A stretch of 64,000 nucleotides of DNA from Lepidodermella squamata. Taxonomy: Eukaryota; Animalia; Gastrotricha. A model generated the notes under the pieces. The model saw nothing but the letters and a program-made list of their open reading frames with translations. It was not told the DNA's origin and did not search any database. Shown piece after piece: positions 12,451 to 25,500 of this stretch. The stretch covers positions 310,001-374,000 of the forward strand of contig JBLDXI010000045.1 in NCBI GenBank assembly GCA_047495785.1, given 5' to 3'. The translations under genes were made by a program, and so were the position numbers. Every line of letters begins with the position of its first letter. The first letter of the stretch is position 1.

Positions 12451-15400
12451 ATGTCATTTTCGCCCTCAAAATCGGCATATCAGCGGCGGTTCGCGAATGT
12501 GAATGATCAGTTTGCTGAGGAAGGTTTCTCGGCACCAACTATTGATGGGGATCAGCCAACGGCCGATGCTCTATTCAGCAGTGGCGCCGCTCAGGCCTAC
12601 ACGGGTTACAGCCCTCAAAAGCCCCAACAACCCGCCTCGAATTACATACCAAACAGCGTGGCCATTCTACCGATGTTGGGCTGTTTACTGTTAGCCTGTG
12701 TTGTCGTTTACCTCCTCATCAGTTATTTCCGCCACATGAACGAGGCCTTTAGCCGAAATGCGGCTGGAAATCGGCCGACCAACTGCTTTTACAACTGCTG
12801 TTCAATCCGGAGAAGCGCGGGCGGCGACGCCAAGGAATCAGCGCCGTTGAACCCGAAGTCGCAGAGCGTCACAGCGACCCGGGCTCCTTTAATTTTAGAA
12901 ATCAAAGCGTCACTGTCTCGTGATAAGTTATCCGGTACAATGTCTCGGGACAACACGTTAGACCGGCTATTCATGCCGTTGTTAGATCCGGCGAATTTGA
13001 AGCGAATTTGCCAGAATAACAGCCATCACCGCCCGCCGGCCATCTACTACGGCAACAATTATCACACGTTTGATTTCCCATCGCCGCACGGCACGATGCC
13101 GCCTGCCTCTTTGAACCTGCCTATCCCAACTGTGCGTATTCAAAGTCAGACACCGCCCGCTTCCCCGTTCCGCCAAAGCGTCGATGTTGAGGATGATGGG
13201 CGTCAAGCGGTGGCGACAAATGACAAATCTACCTCGAAATTTTCAATTAGTGATATCGTCAATAGAGACGCGCCTCTAGCAGGTGCAGAGGAAGAGTTTG
13301 AGCAAGAAGTCGCCGCAGCTCCCGTCGCAAACGTAAGGCAGAATTTAAAAAGCTCAATATTCACTAAAATTACCTAAGGTTCCAGCCCTAAAATTGGCGT
13401 CCTAAAAAATTTTTCTGATCTTTTTTCGGCCTTTTCATTGATAATGATCGGTCCTACAACTCTTTGATTTTTTTATTTTAGTCTAAGGTATGTACAAGGA
13501 TTCAAAATTTGCTTCCAAGACAGTTGATATCGGAAAAATCACTGATTTGTAAAATCAATACTTGGAATCGATATCGGCTCTGCAGGCCGAATTATGATAC
13601 TTAAATTGACCCCTCATATCGCAAAATACGTGTAACAATGAGATCTATAGCTTAGGCCTTTAATTTAATGCTGGGACCTTTAATTTAGAGTCTCCACTTG
13701 ACACACTCAAATCGCGAAAAATTATTTTTCTAATATTTTCAGAAGTCGCAACCACACCTGGCTTTGAATCTCTCAAATTCACCGGAATTATCCCTAGACT
13801 CATTAGTAACTCAAGCGAGGCCTGTGGAGAACAGCGCAGATTTGGAGCGATCTTGCCGGTTGGCTAGCAATGGATTTCTGTTGACATCCCCTCCGGCAGG
13901 TCGTCGGAAGCAGACAATTTCGTCCGAAGGCTACGGCAGTATGCAATCAACGGTTCAGACACCTGTTTCGGTGCCGAATTCTGTGAAATCTCCTGTTGCC
14001 GAGCGGTGGTCGAACGGTTCGCATTCGGCGGCGAATGGCCATCCTACGGCTTTAGCCCTCATGACTCCGCTGCACGAGGATATATTTCCGAGCAGCCCGG
14101 CAACATCGAAAATAACGTCTTTAACCAGCCCAAAAAGAACAGGTACGATTCCTAATTTTATATATTTATTTTTAGAATAATAGCTAATTATTATATTTTT
14201 AGTTGCGGTTTTAGAGAAATTTCAAGCACTATCACTTATATCAAGTTATACGGGTGGATCAATTTATCATATTTCTGCCATTTTCAGCTAATTTAAGAAG
14301 ATTCTCATTAGTCATTACTTGCATAAGATAATCATTGAAAGTACCGCAGATTGGATCGAAAAAATCGATCGCCTTATATTTTCAAGCTTTAGGTAAACTG
14401 AGTGGAAGTTGGACTCAGAATTAAGTCTAAAATTATATTACAGCAATTATAAAAAACTCCCAGCAGTCGGAAAATTTAAATATTTGGTTAGGATTATATC
14501 GAGCTACGAAGAATGAACTAGGATTCGCACAGAAAAGCGCACAGAAATTTATGAAAAACATTAAAACGGGATATTGAATGAGTGAACTTTTTCACTTTTT
14601 CTTGGGCATCCTTCTATTCCGTAATCATCCTCTATCGGGACAGGGCTTGAACAGGTTCAATTCTGGGCGACAGAATCCGATTTTAATTCCAAGCATGAAA
14701 ACTGTCCGAGGTTGAGGGTGATTGAGGTTGAGGTCATCGCCATATGTGTCCCATAATTTTGCTCTGCCGAAAGCCGCCGTGATATTAAACCACCTACATT
14801 CGGTTACACCTTTGTTCATCCGCTTGAAGCGGCGAGTCTCCCCAATAATAAAAGTACTTCCTATACAAAGAAATTCTATTGCACGCAATTTTTTTTAAGC
14901 TGGATTATATTTTCGATAGGTATTTCATATCCATCGCCTCAGGGGTTACCTTTAATGAAAAGGACTTACGTCATTGCAAAGCGTCGTATAAGCCGCGAAA
15001 GTAAATCATAAAATTGTAGTACATAATTCATCCTAATTCCTTGTAATTAGCACTCGCAAATCGAAACGATTATTGTGCCTTGATTTCGGTCCGCAATTCA
15101 ATGCTGAATGAATCATTCCTAATATAATATATTACTCAAGAATTCCTACTAATTAAGCTCTGTTTTTAGCAACCTTGTCTCAAGAGGCCGTTGTCGATGA
15201 CGACCAGCAATCCTCAGTCGGGTCTTACTTCTCGCACGGCTCAGCGAGCGGAACCGGCGAAGGCGAAACCGCAAGTTCGGCGAGCAGTCTCGTCGGATCG
15301 CGAACTAATCACACGGACGTGCACCGAACTACAACCGCCATGCTACAACGCGTCTTCCAGCAAATATCAGACGAAGCCAACGGAAATGCCCAGGCGCCGA

Positions 15401-16284
15401 AAAGTCAGGCCCGTTACTCGGATCAAGATTTGCTTGACGAATCGAAGAGTGGGAGAAGCTCCATCGTTCGACGGGTCAGCGATCGGTTTCTTCAAATTCC
15501 CAACTCTTCGCAAGACTGGCCGAAAACGTCACCGGTTACGTCGCCGATGAGTGACTGCGCGTTATTATCGCCATTCAGCGGGTCATCGCCCGTCACGCCT
15601 CAATCGCCAACGTCAGACTTAGGACCGCCCGGGTTTATAGGCTTGAACGGTCGTAGGCTATCAGCCCCATATCCGGACGTATGGCAACGTTCGAAAAGTT
15701 ACGACTACAGCAATGACGTACTCACGAGGATGAATTGGAAAATGGAACTAAGCGCGCCGAGTTTACGCAAAAATGGCGACTCGAGTAAGATGATATACGA
15801 AGAGCTGCCCGAGCCCGAGCAGAGCCGGTACGACAGATCTCACCCGAGTTATCACCGGCGAAGTTGCTACGTCGGTAGTAGCAAACAGCCTGTTGCTATT
15901 CCACGGAATTTCCAGATGCAACAAACTCTCAACGCGCATATTCAACAATTTCTACCGTCGCATCACAAAAGCCTCGACGCTCAAACGTCGCTAGGCCAGC
16001 CGTTGCCGTCGCCGGCGCCGACGTCAATTCAGGAGTCGTTGCGGTTGAAGCAGGAGCAGAGTCTGGAGATCAGGCGGAAGATGAAGGAAGCTCAGGCGCA
16101 ACGGGCCAGGGCAATGAGCCGGCGGCGCAATTCAGGCGTGCCGGCTTCCTCGGTGCCGGAGGAATTTGCGCTGAATTACAAACATGCGCGCGCTGGCCGG
16201 GCCGTGTTCGATGTGACTGGCGAGCGGACAACTGGAACACGCGTGCATATGATGCGCCTAGTCAGCATGAACAAAAAAATATGA
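12451..16284 (+). CDS. Orphan single-pass membrane protein, about 798 aa, 3 exons
   Basis: Exons 12451..13332, 13743..14142, 15170..16284 join in frame at GT-AG sites (phase 0, then 1). TM helix VAILPMLGCLLLACVVVYLLISYF, a CFYNCC cluster, a long disordered tail and a C-terminal coiled coil. Confidence 0.75.
13377..13680. mobile_element. Intronic MITE-like element, same family as 52124-52372
   Basis: Imperfect TIRs aaggttccagc...gctgggacctt. The internal block cggaaaaatcactgatttgtaaaatc(a/g)atacttggaatcgatatcggc recurs at about 52192, and partly in inverted form at about 8200. Confidence 0.55.
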
Positions 16285-17723
16285 AGATCAAAAAATCTGA
16301 TAAAATACTACAATTATTCTCTATGTATTATTTTCGAATCACGCGGCAATAAAATTTTCTAATTTTTCTACTTCTTTCGAGTGACTTTTTTTGATGGTCT
16401 AAACCGGACGGTTTTCAGCGGCTCCTGCAGACGTTTTTGCTGGTTTTTAGACCGGATTAAACCGGACGCATAGTTCAGGCACTGTCTCAATAATCCGGTT
16501 TACAGCATTTCTCTTTATAAATGTACGTGATTTTTGGTACTCGAACCATTAATATTAATCATAAAAACGTACATAAAATCAATTACTAAATGATTAGGTA
16601 CCGTGCGCTGTCCTTTAATTTTTGAAGGCTATTCTTGGAAAAATTAAATGTTCAATTAGGCGAGATTGCTTCATAATTAGCCTTTTAACATTTTTAAGAC
16701 AGGTAGAACCCAGCAACATCTATTTCCGGCCTGCCGTATAAGTCGGTATTTACGGGCTTATATTGTATAATATTCAGAATTCAGACACTAATATAACACT
16801 AGTCCTACAATTCAGGAAATATATAACTGCGTAATAAAATAAACTGAGAGTCTCACATGACGGACCAGGTGTTTCATAAATTACCCCAGGCAACAATGAC
16901 TAAAATGTGCTGGCTATAATGCACTTGGGCGAAGAAATGCTGTCGTCGAAATATTTTTGTCACCGACCTATAAAGCCTACCAATACTGTATTTGTTCCTA
17001 TAGCAGCCCGCACTACTCAAATGTCAGCCTTAAAATTTTGAAAAATTCAAAAAACTAATTTTGGGAGAAGCCTTCATTTTTCGCGTTTCCGAACCGATCC
17101 CTCAGCCTTGGGCTACTTATCGAACTTTAGCAAACTATTTATCAACACATTTTGTCGGGTTTTCTTCGGTGAAATCGCGGATAAACTATGGGAAAAGCTT
17201 CGATTCGGGGAAACACTTGAATTTTGAGCTAAAAAAATCAGTGGCGCAACTTATGGTAGACACTATAAGCAGCAAAAGTCATATTCGTGGAAACTAGACA
17301 AGCTACAAAAGCGAAGTTATGTTGATCGCTGTATCATTTACTTCCAAGACCGCCGAACCAGATTCAATTCAAAAAGGTATAAGATTAAATAAAATTTTCT
17401 AATTTTTCTACTTTTTGAGTGATTCTTGATTGAATTTTTTTTGCGATGGAGTCGTCTAAACCGGACGGTTTTCGGCTCTTGCAGAAGGTTTTGCTGGTCC
17501 GATGGTCGTTTTTAGACCGGATTAAACTGGACGCATAGTTCAGGCACTGTCTCAATAATCCGATTTTTCATTATAAATGTACGTGATTTTTTGGTACTCG
17601 AAATGGCTTGGACCCCTGTTACGTATACTCATATACATCACACGGCTTTTGAGTTTGTCATTGTGGTTGAGTATATTATTGGGCAATTTTCCAACTACAT
17701 ATTATCCCGAGTGCGATCACAGC

Positions 17724-17731
17724 TATAAATA
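17724..17731 (+). promoter_or_regulatory. TATA box of the knottin gene
   Basis: TATAAATA 78 nt before ATG 17802, conserved in copy B (61243..61250). AATAAA lies at 18262 downstream of the stop. Confidence 0.65.
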
Positions 17732-17801
17732 CTTGTTTCACCGCAGAGTGTAGAGTGCAGCTTTATTCACAAAACATTCGTAACCTTTATAACTTGCTAA
17801 A

Positions 17802-18051
17802 ATGTCTCTTGGAGCATCGAAGGTTTTCATGGCGGCCGTTCTTCTGGCGTTCATTTTGATCGCCTTCATGGCAGAGCCCGCAGCCGCGTGTCAAAAACTG
17901 TTCTGGCATTGCGGGAAAGATTACGCTCCATGCTGCGGCAGCATGTAAGTTTTTTGTTTACCTCGACTGTGTCCCATCTACAATTTGCTCTTTTTTCTTC
18001 AATAGGCAGTGTAAGTGTGTTGGCGATTTGTGTACCTGCGAATTGATTTGA
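17802..18051 (+). CDS. Secreted 8-cysteine knottin (ICK), agouti/agatoxin-like spacing, 62 aa precursor
   Basis: Exons 17802..17944 and 18006..18051 (gtaagt...aatag, phase 2) give MSLGASKVFMAAVLLAFILIAFMAEPAAA-CQKLFWHCGKDYAPCCGSMQCKCVGDLCTCELI*. Signal peptide plus C-x6-C-x6-CC-x4-C-x-C-x4-C-x-C. Confidence 0.9.
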
Positions 18052-19548
18052 CCAATTGTCATTCAATATGTCACATGGTCCAAGGCGGACAATTCGTTGA
18101 GACCTGTCGATTCACTTCAAAATGCTACGGCAACAAAACACTGTATATCCTACCAAAATTGCCTTGTCATGAAGTAGTTATTACATATTTGTTACTTAAT
18201 CCGCACCGGCCATGGATTGGGCTTGGGGCGCGACAATTCATTTACACACCTTGTAAATCAAAATAAACAACTGTAACTGCTTACCAGTATTATTTTCTAT
18301 ATAAATGCCTGTGTGATTTATTTCAGCTCAGCACCCGGTTGTCAGCAGGTTTATTATTCAACACTTTAGGTAAAACGTGAAATGCATAGAGATGGTGAAA
18401 TGAGATAGAATTATCTAACAACTAGATATCATCTATCAGAGGAATTTTTCTAATTATTTCAATGCAAATCACGCGATTTTTTAAATTTTTCATTTTTTCA
18501 TTTACTTTTATAATGCGCGCATTTTTCATTTTTGTAATTCAATCAGAACGCGCGTCATACGAACAGAATAACAACCGTGACCTGTTCGTTTTCGGGTTTC
18601 GGTCGTAACATTGAATGTGTATGTAGATAACATATAAAACAGAAATAAGTATGCCGTTTTTTCAAGGCGCATCATTTGGTGCGTTAAAATATTCGTTCAA
18701 GCCCCAAAAATCCAAAATAGTGCCAAAAACACCTCTTATAGTTATTTATCAAGATTTTTCAGCCTAAAACGTAACATGTTTATCTGATAAGGGGTATAAA
18801 ACCTATACCGTACTTGTTTCTATCATTATATTATCATGGTCGATCATGAGCGATTGGGCTACTATTGGAACGGTAGTATACGGTATTATCCATATACTCC
18901 CCGGAATCGGAATCGGGGCACCTGATTACCCCTAGATAAATAGTTCCCAAAGTATAGGATCGCCTCAATCGATAATCGATAAAATCGGTAATAGGTAATC
19001 GATATCGAAAATGTGAGCAAATAGCTCCTATTATTAGGGTACGCTTTAAGCGGAGAATTAATATAGCTCACACACAAATCACCTGAATATCGCATCGCTG
19101 GAAATATATAATGGTTCATCGATTTTCGATTATCGAAAGTGAAGGCATGGACAGGGTAATATGATGTTGAAAAGTTGGTGTAAAATATAATCGTGTAAAA
19201 TACCGAAAATTAACGAACAATTTATAAACGAGTTTGTCGGGTTTTCTTCACTGAAATCGTCGATAAATCATATAAATCATAAATCATAGCTTCGATTGGG
19301 GGAAATTCTTGAATTTTACGCCAAAACTCAGTTGCACAACTTTGTACCAGCAGCAAAATTCATGTTAAAAAACGCATTTATATTGATCGCTGTATCATTT
19401 ACTTCCATTAAAAGGCCGCCGATCCAGAATCAAATAAAAAAGGTAAGATAACATTCAAAAAACATTCAAGCGGACGCAGAGAAATTGAATTTTCCAAGTC
19501 ATTACAATAATATAGGAAAGCGAGATCAGATGTCTATCGAATGAGTCA

Positions 19549-22500
19549 TCAAAATCGTGCAATTTGATCAATAGCTAAAGACTGCCGATGTTGGCACGTG
19601 ACACTGTCGCATTTCGAGCATTTATAAAATATCGTCTCATCAACTGTTTTGATTCTGCAAAGTTGTATCATTCTGTCATTGGAACAGCCGACATCCGGTT
19701 CTTTCGAAATTTCCGATTTCCGGCGACTATTCTGGCCATTATTGTCACAATGACTTAGTAGAGGAGATGTGTTATTGTCACCCGCATTCGTCGTTGTAGT
19801 TCGTCGAGGGATAAAATCGGTTGTAACAAAACTATTCTGCCGATGCCGACAGCCCAGTAATACCAGCATCGATTTCCGGATATCAGGCATTCTCAAACAA
19901 TATATCACCTTAGAATTGAATAAAAAAGTCAAATTTCTGATTCAATTGTTGAGGGTGTGACTTACAGGATCGATGACCGAGTTGAGGTGAAGAAATGCCA
20001 GGGCAATGCATAAATATTTGTTGAAAAACTGGTGAGCCGAAGCCAGGGTGTCTTCACTATTGAGCAAATACCCGACGAGCGGCGACCAGCACAGCAGGCA
20101 GGATAAAACTAGAAGCCCTGTTGTGAAAAAGCCACGGAACCGAGTTCGAGGGATCAGCTCGAAACCGCTAGATGCGCTACGATGGACCCTGTTCTTCTCT
20201 TGGAAAATCAGAGTTTGCTCCGCCAGTCGCATGTGGTGAAGTTGAGCCTAATAAATAGAGAAAATTGTCTAAAGATGCACAATTTTTGAATTTTTGAAAA
20301 AATCCCGAGAAATTCCGAAAATTACCAAACGAGTTAATTTTAAATGTATTGGGTAAATCGTGAATAAAGAATTAGGAAATTTCAAAAATTGTTACATTTT
20401 TTGCAAACAGTCTTTTCTTTTGGGACACGCTGTACATTTCAAAACTTGGCACCAAACGCTAAGTATGCGAAATGTCATTTTTTCGAATGATTTTGTTGGA
20501 GTGTGCTCTTAACGATGATGATAGGGCCTTCTACAAAAAATTACCAAGAATTCTTCAGTCATCTATTAGGATTTTTAATAGGGTCTAAATATTTGAACCC
20601 CTCTGCTAGATTTGAGATTCCAGCACTTAATTTTTCTCAATTCTTTGAGATCTCGGCTTTTTCTTGATTCTTGATTGATACTGTTTCATTCTACAGCAGA
20701 TATTCATCTAATCCTCCAAGTGCTCACTTCGAGGTCCTCTCAAACATACACTCTAGCAGTTTTACGGCTGGGCGGTAAGCTTCTTGCTTTATAGCTGGCC
20801 TGAGATTGCGATTGAACCGGTTCCAGCTGAAGAAACAAGTTACTGTCCGCGTTGCTGGTGTAATGAACAGAAGGCGATGGTAAGTTGTGATGGTTGTCAA
20901 ACGTGGTTCTTTCATTGAAGCTTTATTGAATGACGATGAGAGAGAGAGAGCGAAAACTTGCCAGAACGCCACTCTGAACAGTATCGGAGTATTGCATGCG
21001 TTTACGTTTACCGACGATTTTGGTGTCAACGGAACGAAGAAAGCGATCATCTGAGCCTCCTTGAGCTAATGACTGACGATTTCGTGCGAATTGCTTGTCT
21101 ATTAGACCCGCAGTTCAAGGGGTCTTATCTTGATGCAGATCTTACAGGGCGATCAATCAAGGCCGAGTAGGACTTCGAAGACATTATCACTACTATGTTG
21201 CAAGAAGCCACTGTTCAAATGAAAATACAAGCGAAGGCGGCTAAGAATATTTTCCCAAGCTCAGGCCAAGCAGCAACGCGACTACAATCGTCGGCATAAT
21301 ACAGGTCGAGCCTTCAAAGTCCATAAACACGAGGCGCCCCACGATTCTATGACCCGTTAACACCTGAATTCCCGAAACAGGAAACGTATCTACCACCAAC
21401 TGTAGCTAATTGAAAACAAAAATCGCGAGCCTAACCCAGCCAATTGTCATTTAATCCTCCGAGTGCTCTGAAGAAACATAACGTCTCACTTCGGGCTTCT
21501 CTCAAACATACACTGCTCTAACAGTTTCCAACGAACCAATCGACGAAATAAAAGGTTACATCGACGCACGATATGTCTCTTCGTCTGAAGCGTGTTGGCG
21601 AATACTGTCATACCCGATGGAGGAACAGTATCCTAATGTCGTCCGCTTGGATGTTCATCTTCCCAAAGAGCAAAACGTTTATTTCAATCCAATGCAGCAG
21701 TTGCAGCTTAACGATCGGCTTGCCGAGTCAACGCTCACTGCTTGGTTTCGCTACAACGCCAGCCATAACGACTCCCATCACGTCAAATACATGGATTTCC
21801 CTGGCAGTCACACTTACGACGATAAAAAGTGAGTTTGGACTAAGCGAAAGCGGGCCCCTGACCCTGCTGGGTTAATACCCTGTGGCCGAATGTACCAGGT
21901 ATCGCCAACGGCTGGAGAACTATATTACCTGCGGCTCCTTCTACTTCAGTTGCCGTGTTGCCGCTGTTACCCTAATTGCTTTTATCAATTTTTATCATAG
22001 ACGCCAGTCAAAGACGATTGATGTCCTGAAAATCTCTTTCTTCCGTTACCGCTACCTGAAAAATGTATGAATCATCTCTAATCTTTAGACTCATTTTTAA
22101 ATATTTCATGATCATATAACCATGATCGAAGCGAAATTTTCCTATGACACGGACACTCTGCTGGTCGATGTGACAACGCCATCGATCGCCGAGTTGCAGC
22201 AGGTCGCAATCGACCTGCTGCATTTCATTATTCCCAACAAAACTTCCCGCTGGTGTTCAAATATTTTGACGGCTCAGATTGGCTTACAGCTTACAGCCGT
22301 GAAGGATGCAACTTTTTTATTCGCTGTTTCTTATGAAAAAAGCATCTATTTTTTTAATTGAGCCTTTCTTGAAATTTGCGCTTTCTCGAACCAACCAAAG
22401 AAATTAGAGGTTATTTGCGCCTAAAAAGTGGTCGCCCAATGGAATACTTCTAAATGCGATTCTTGGGTGAGTTGAATATACGGATATTTGGCCACCCTGC

Positions 22501-25500
22501 GAAGGCTCCAAGTTAATGAAAATCATTTAAAAATCGTTGGATGTTTTTTCATTATACTAAGGCTATTCTGGGCTGGATTAAGGCCAAAGGCCTCAAAGGC
22601 CGCTATCAAAAGCCCAAATCTCCATTTCGACGTTGGGCTCGGCGATTAATGGCTCTCGCATTATTGCTCTCTACATGACATGAATCGCCAAGTCTGATTC
22701 CAACATTTGTTGGTAATAAAATTTTACTCGTTGAAGTTGTATTTTGTCAATGTAAACAAGTTAGTAATGAGAGGATTGACCGCGCACAGATGATTACTTA
22801 TTGCACAGGTGTGTTCTTATTGGGAAACTTGCATGGGGAAAGTTGAATGAATCGGACTTTGGTTCCACTCCCAGTCAAATTTGGTTCCGGTAAAAGTAGG
22901 CCTTTAATAATAAGACTTACCTGGGTGCAGGTGAAAATGTAAGATCCCAAAATTGAAACGAGTAGAATAACCATGAGAACACTGACGCTGAATTGAGTAG
23001 CAAACGAGTCGGAAAGATCGAAAATGTGCAGCGTGACGACTCCGATGATAACACTGGTCCATAGGATTGATAGAAAGATTTTCGGCCACTTGGGTTTCAC
23101 CATCAGCCGTTCGTAGAAAAACGGAGCTGCTATTGCGAGTACGTTGTCAAAACTCAGGCAAAACAGGCCGAGGGCGCTCATAATGTAACCGATTTGCCAC
23201 ACACCCTTCACGCCGGCCTTGGCGAGAAAGTCTACTACTACGGTTTGAGCAAGGTCCCAGCTATTGCTTTCGGTCGATGTTGCATTGTTACCAGGGTTGG
23301 ACGTTGTGCTTAGGAATGACGATGAGGCTAATGAATTCGTTGCGGATGAAAACCGTCGAACGCCTAACACATCGGGATCGCCGCATCGCTTTAGCAGTAA
23401 GGCTGTAGTCAGGACAATATCAGAGAACGATAAGCTAGAAAATACAGAAAAATGACCGTTAAAATTTACGAGGTGGCAAATAAAATAAAATAACGGAGTA
23501 TCCTAAATAAATTTCCTCAGAATTATGCTGGCTTATAGATGAACTTTTGCTTCAATGTCTCTTTTCATCCTACCAAATTTATAGGAAATAACGTGAATAA
23601 AAATCTCAAGTTGTCCTCGAATTTGCTCAAATAAAGCTCAATGACCGGAATTGCCGCCCTTTCAATGCAGCTCGAGAGCTTTCCCCTTTGCGACCTCAGA
23701 TTGCGAACGCGGGTTTTCCTGCATGGCGGAAATATGGTCAGAAGATCATAACTCAACAAGCAACATTATTTGCCTGACGGCAACCGTGAATTAATTCAGA
23801 AAAAATCTTTCATGTCGGCCCGTGAATGTGGGCCATCGAGGCGGCGATTGTCATCTTCGGAGCCGATGCCCTTGTCAGCTCGATAATTGAACCGAGAAGC
23901 AGCCGCAGCCCGCGTCAGCCGATCACCGAGCGGACCCATGGCGACCAGTTGCGTTTGCTCAAGAGTACGTGATTTAATTGAACTAGTTTTTCATTATTGC
24001 TCAACCATTGTTCTAGTTTTCTGCCGATCAATTTTTTTATCGCCTCAACTGTTTCTTTTTCTGTTTTTTAGAAGCTCTTCAAAGTCTTATCGGGGACGAA
24101 AACGCGGCCTTGAAGTGGGTCCAGGTTCGCGACGCTGTCAATCAATGGGGCAACGACGAGGCCTCCCGGCGAGCTAGCCGCAATCAGCCATCAACGTCCG
24201 ACCTTGGCGACCTAAGCTAAGATCTTCCAAGATATTGCAAGATCGTGCAGGAACTTAGCCGATCTTGTTTGATCATTAAAGATACTTGCTGATCGTCACA
24301 GCTGCAGCGAAGAATCTTGCTAATCTTGCTTGACCAATTCTCCTGGGTTGTTTCTGCTTTCTTCCTTCTTTTACTCCTTTGTTGTAACTCTAGCGAGTAT
24401 TATTAAATGAGGTACAATTGACAGTAAAAGTGACAAAAAACTTTCAGTCCTCAGTCATCGATTCCGATCTAATTACACCCGGTTCCGCGAGGTTCACGGC
24501 CGCAACAAGCGGTCTGGTGTCAAGCTGCGTACCTTTAAATACTACGACTGGTTGAAGCGGGTCATGGGCGACAAAGGTGCTGTCGATCCGAACTTCATAT
24601 CTCAGTTCAGTCACATAAATGGCTATTCATGGTCTTCCCATAAATGCTGAGAATCGTCAGCAAATTTCCAGTGATGACAGCGATGAAGATTCAACTAAGA
24701 ACAGCGAGAAAATTAGGAAAGAAGACTGCTGTGAAAAAGCCGAGAAAGGTCATTTTGAGTGATGAGGCGGTTTTTGTTGCAAAACAAGCAGGAATTTACA
24801 AGAAAAAAGTTCGAACACTTGCGTACGGAACCTTATCGTTAAGGTGGTCGAGGTGGGGGAAAGTGGGTACGACTCGGCTGCCCTGAAGGTCGCCTCGAAA
24901 CGAAGTTCAGGATGGAACAGGTTCAGCTGCTGAAAGGCGACGCGGCTCCTTTCGAGGTGCCCGACAAAGACATCGCTTATTGGATTGCTGCGATTCAAAC
25001 GAAGAAAATTTTTGTCTTTTCTTATTGTGTAGTAACACCGAACGCTGATGAAGGTGTTTCGCGCTTTATTGTCCCTAAACGGTGCGAACTGATCACTGAG
25101 ACGGGTCATGCCTGAACAAACGGAATTCAACTGTGATCGAAATCAGGCTTCAGCGTCTTCGACAACAACTGTGCAGCCAGTAATCAACAAAGCCGATATG
25201 AAATAATATTGGAACTAATTGCGGAAAATTCAGGTGAATGCTTTGGAGGAGCATCAGCTAGGGCACGTCATCTCAGCTAGAGGGATTAATGAAAGCAGAG
25301 GTGAACTAAGAGAATCGCATGCCGAGCTGCTACAAACCGAGATTCCCGAATTGACCGCGGCCAAAATCCGATGCTACAGGCTTGGCGTTAGACCTGATCT
25401 TCGCAAGAGATTGCCACCTCTTCTTGTCAAAGTCAAAATTCTTGACCACAATGGAAAATATTTCCCAACAATGCCTCGCAAACTACAAGCCAGACTACGA

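Larger units (their letters stand above)
16041..19842 (+). repeat. Segmental duplication, copy A (matches 58967-64000)
   Basis: Collinear high similarity starts at gcggttgaagcaggagcagag and runs through the knottin gene into the last GPCR exon, with copy-specific indels. Confidence 0.95.

Noticed and set aside
14640-14670. tRNA or SINE suggested by the B-box-like GGTTCAATTC
   Set aside because: No cloverleaf or A box could be built around it.
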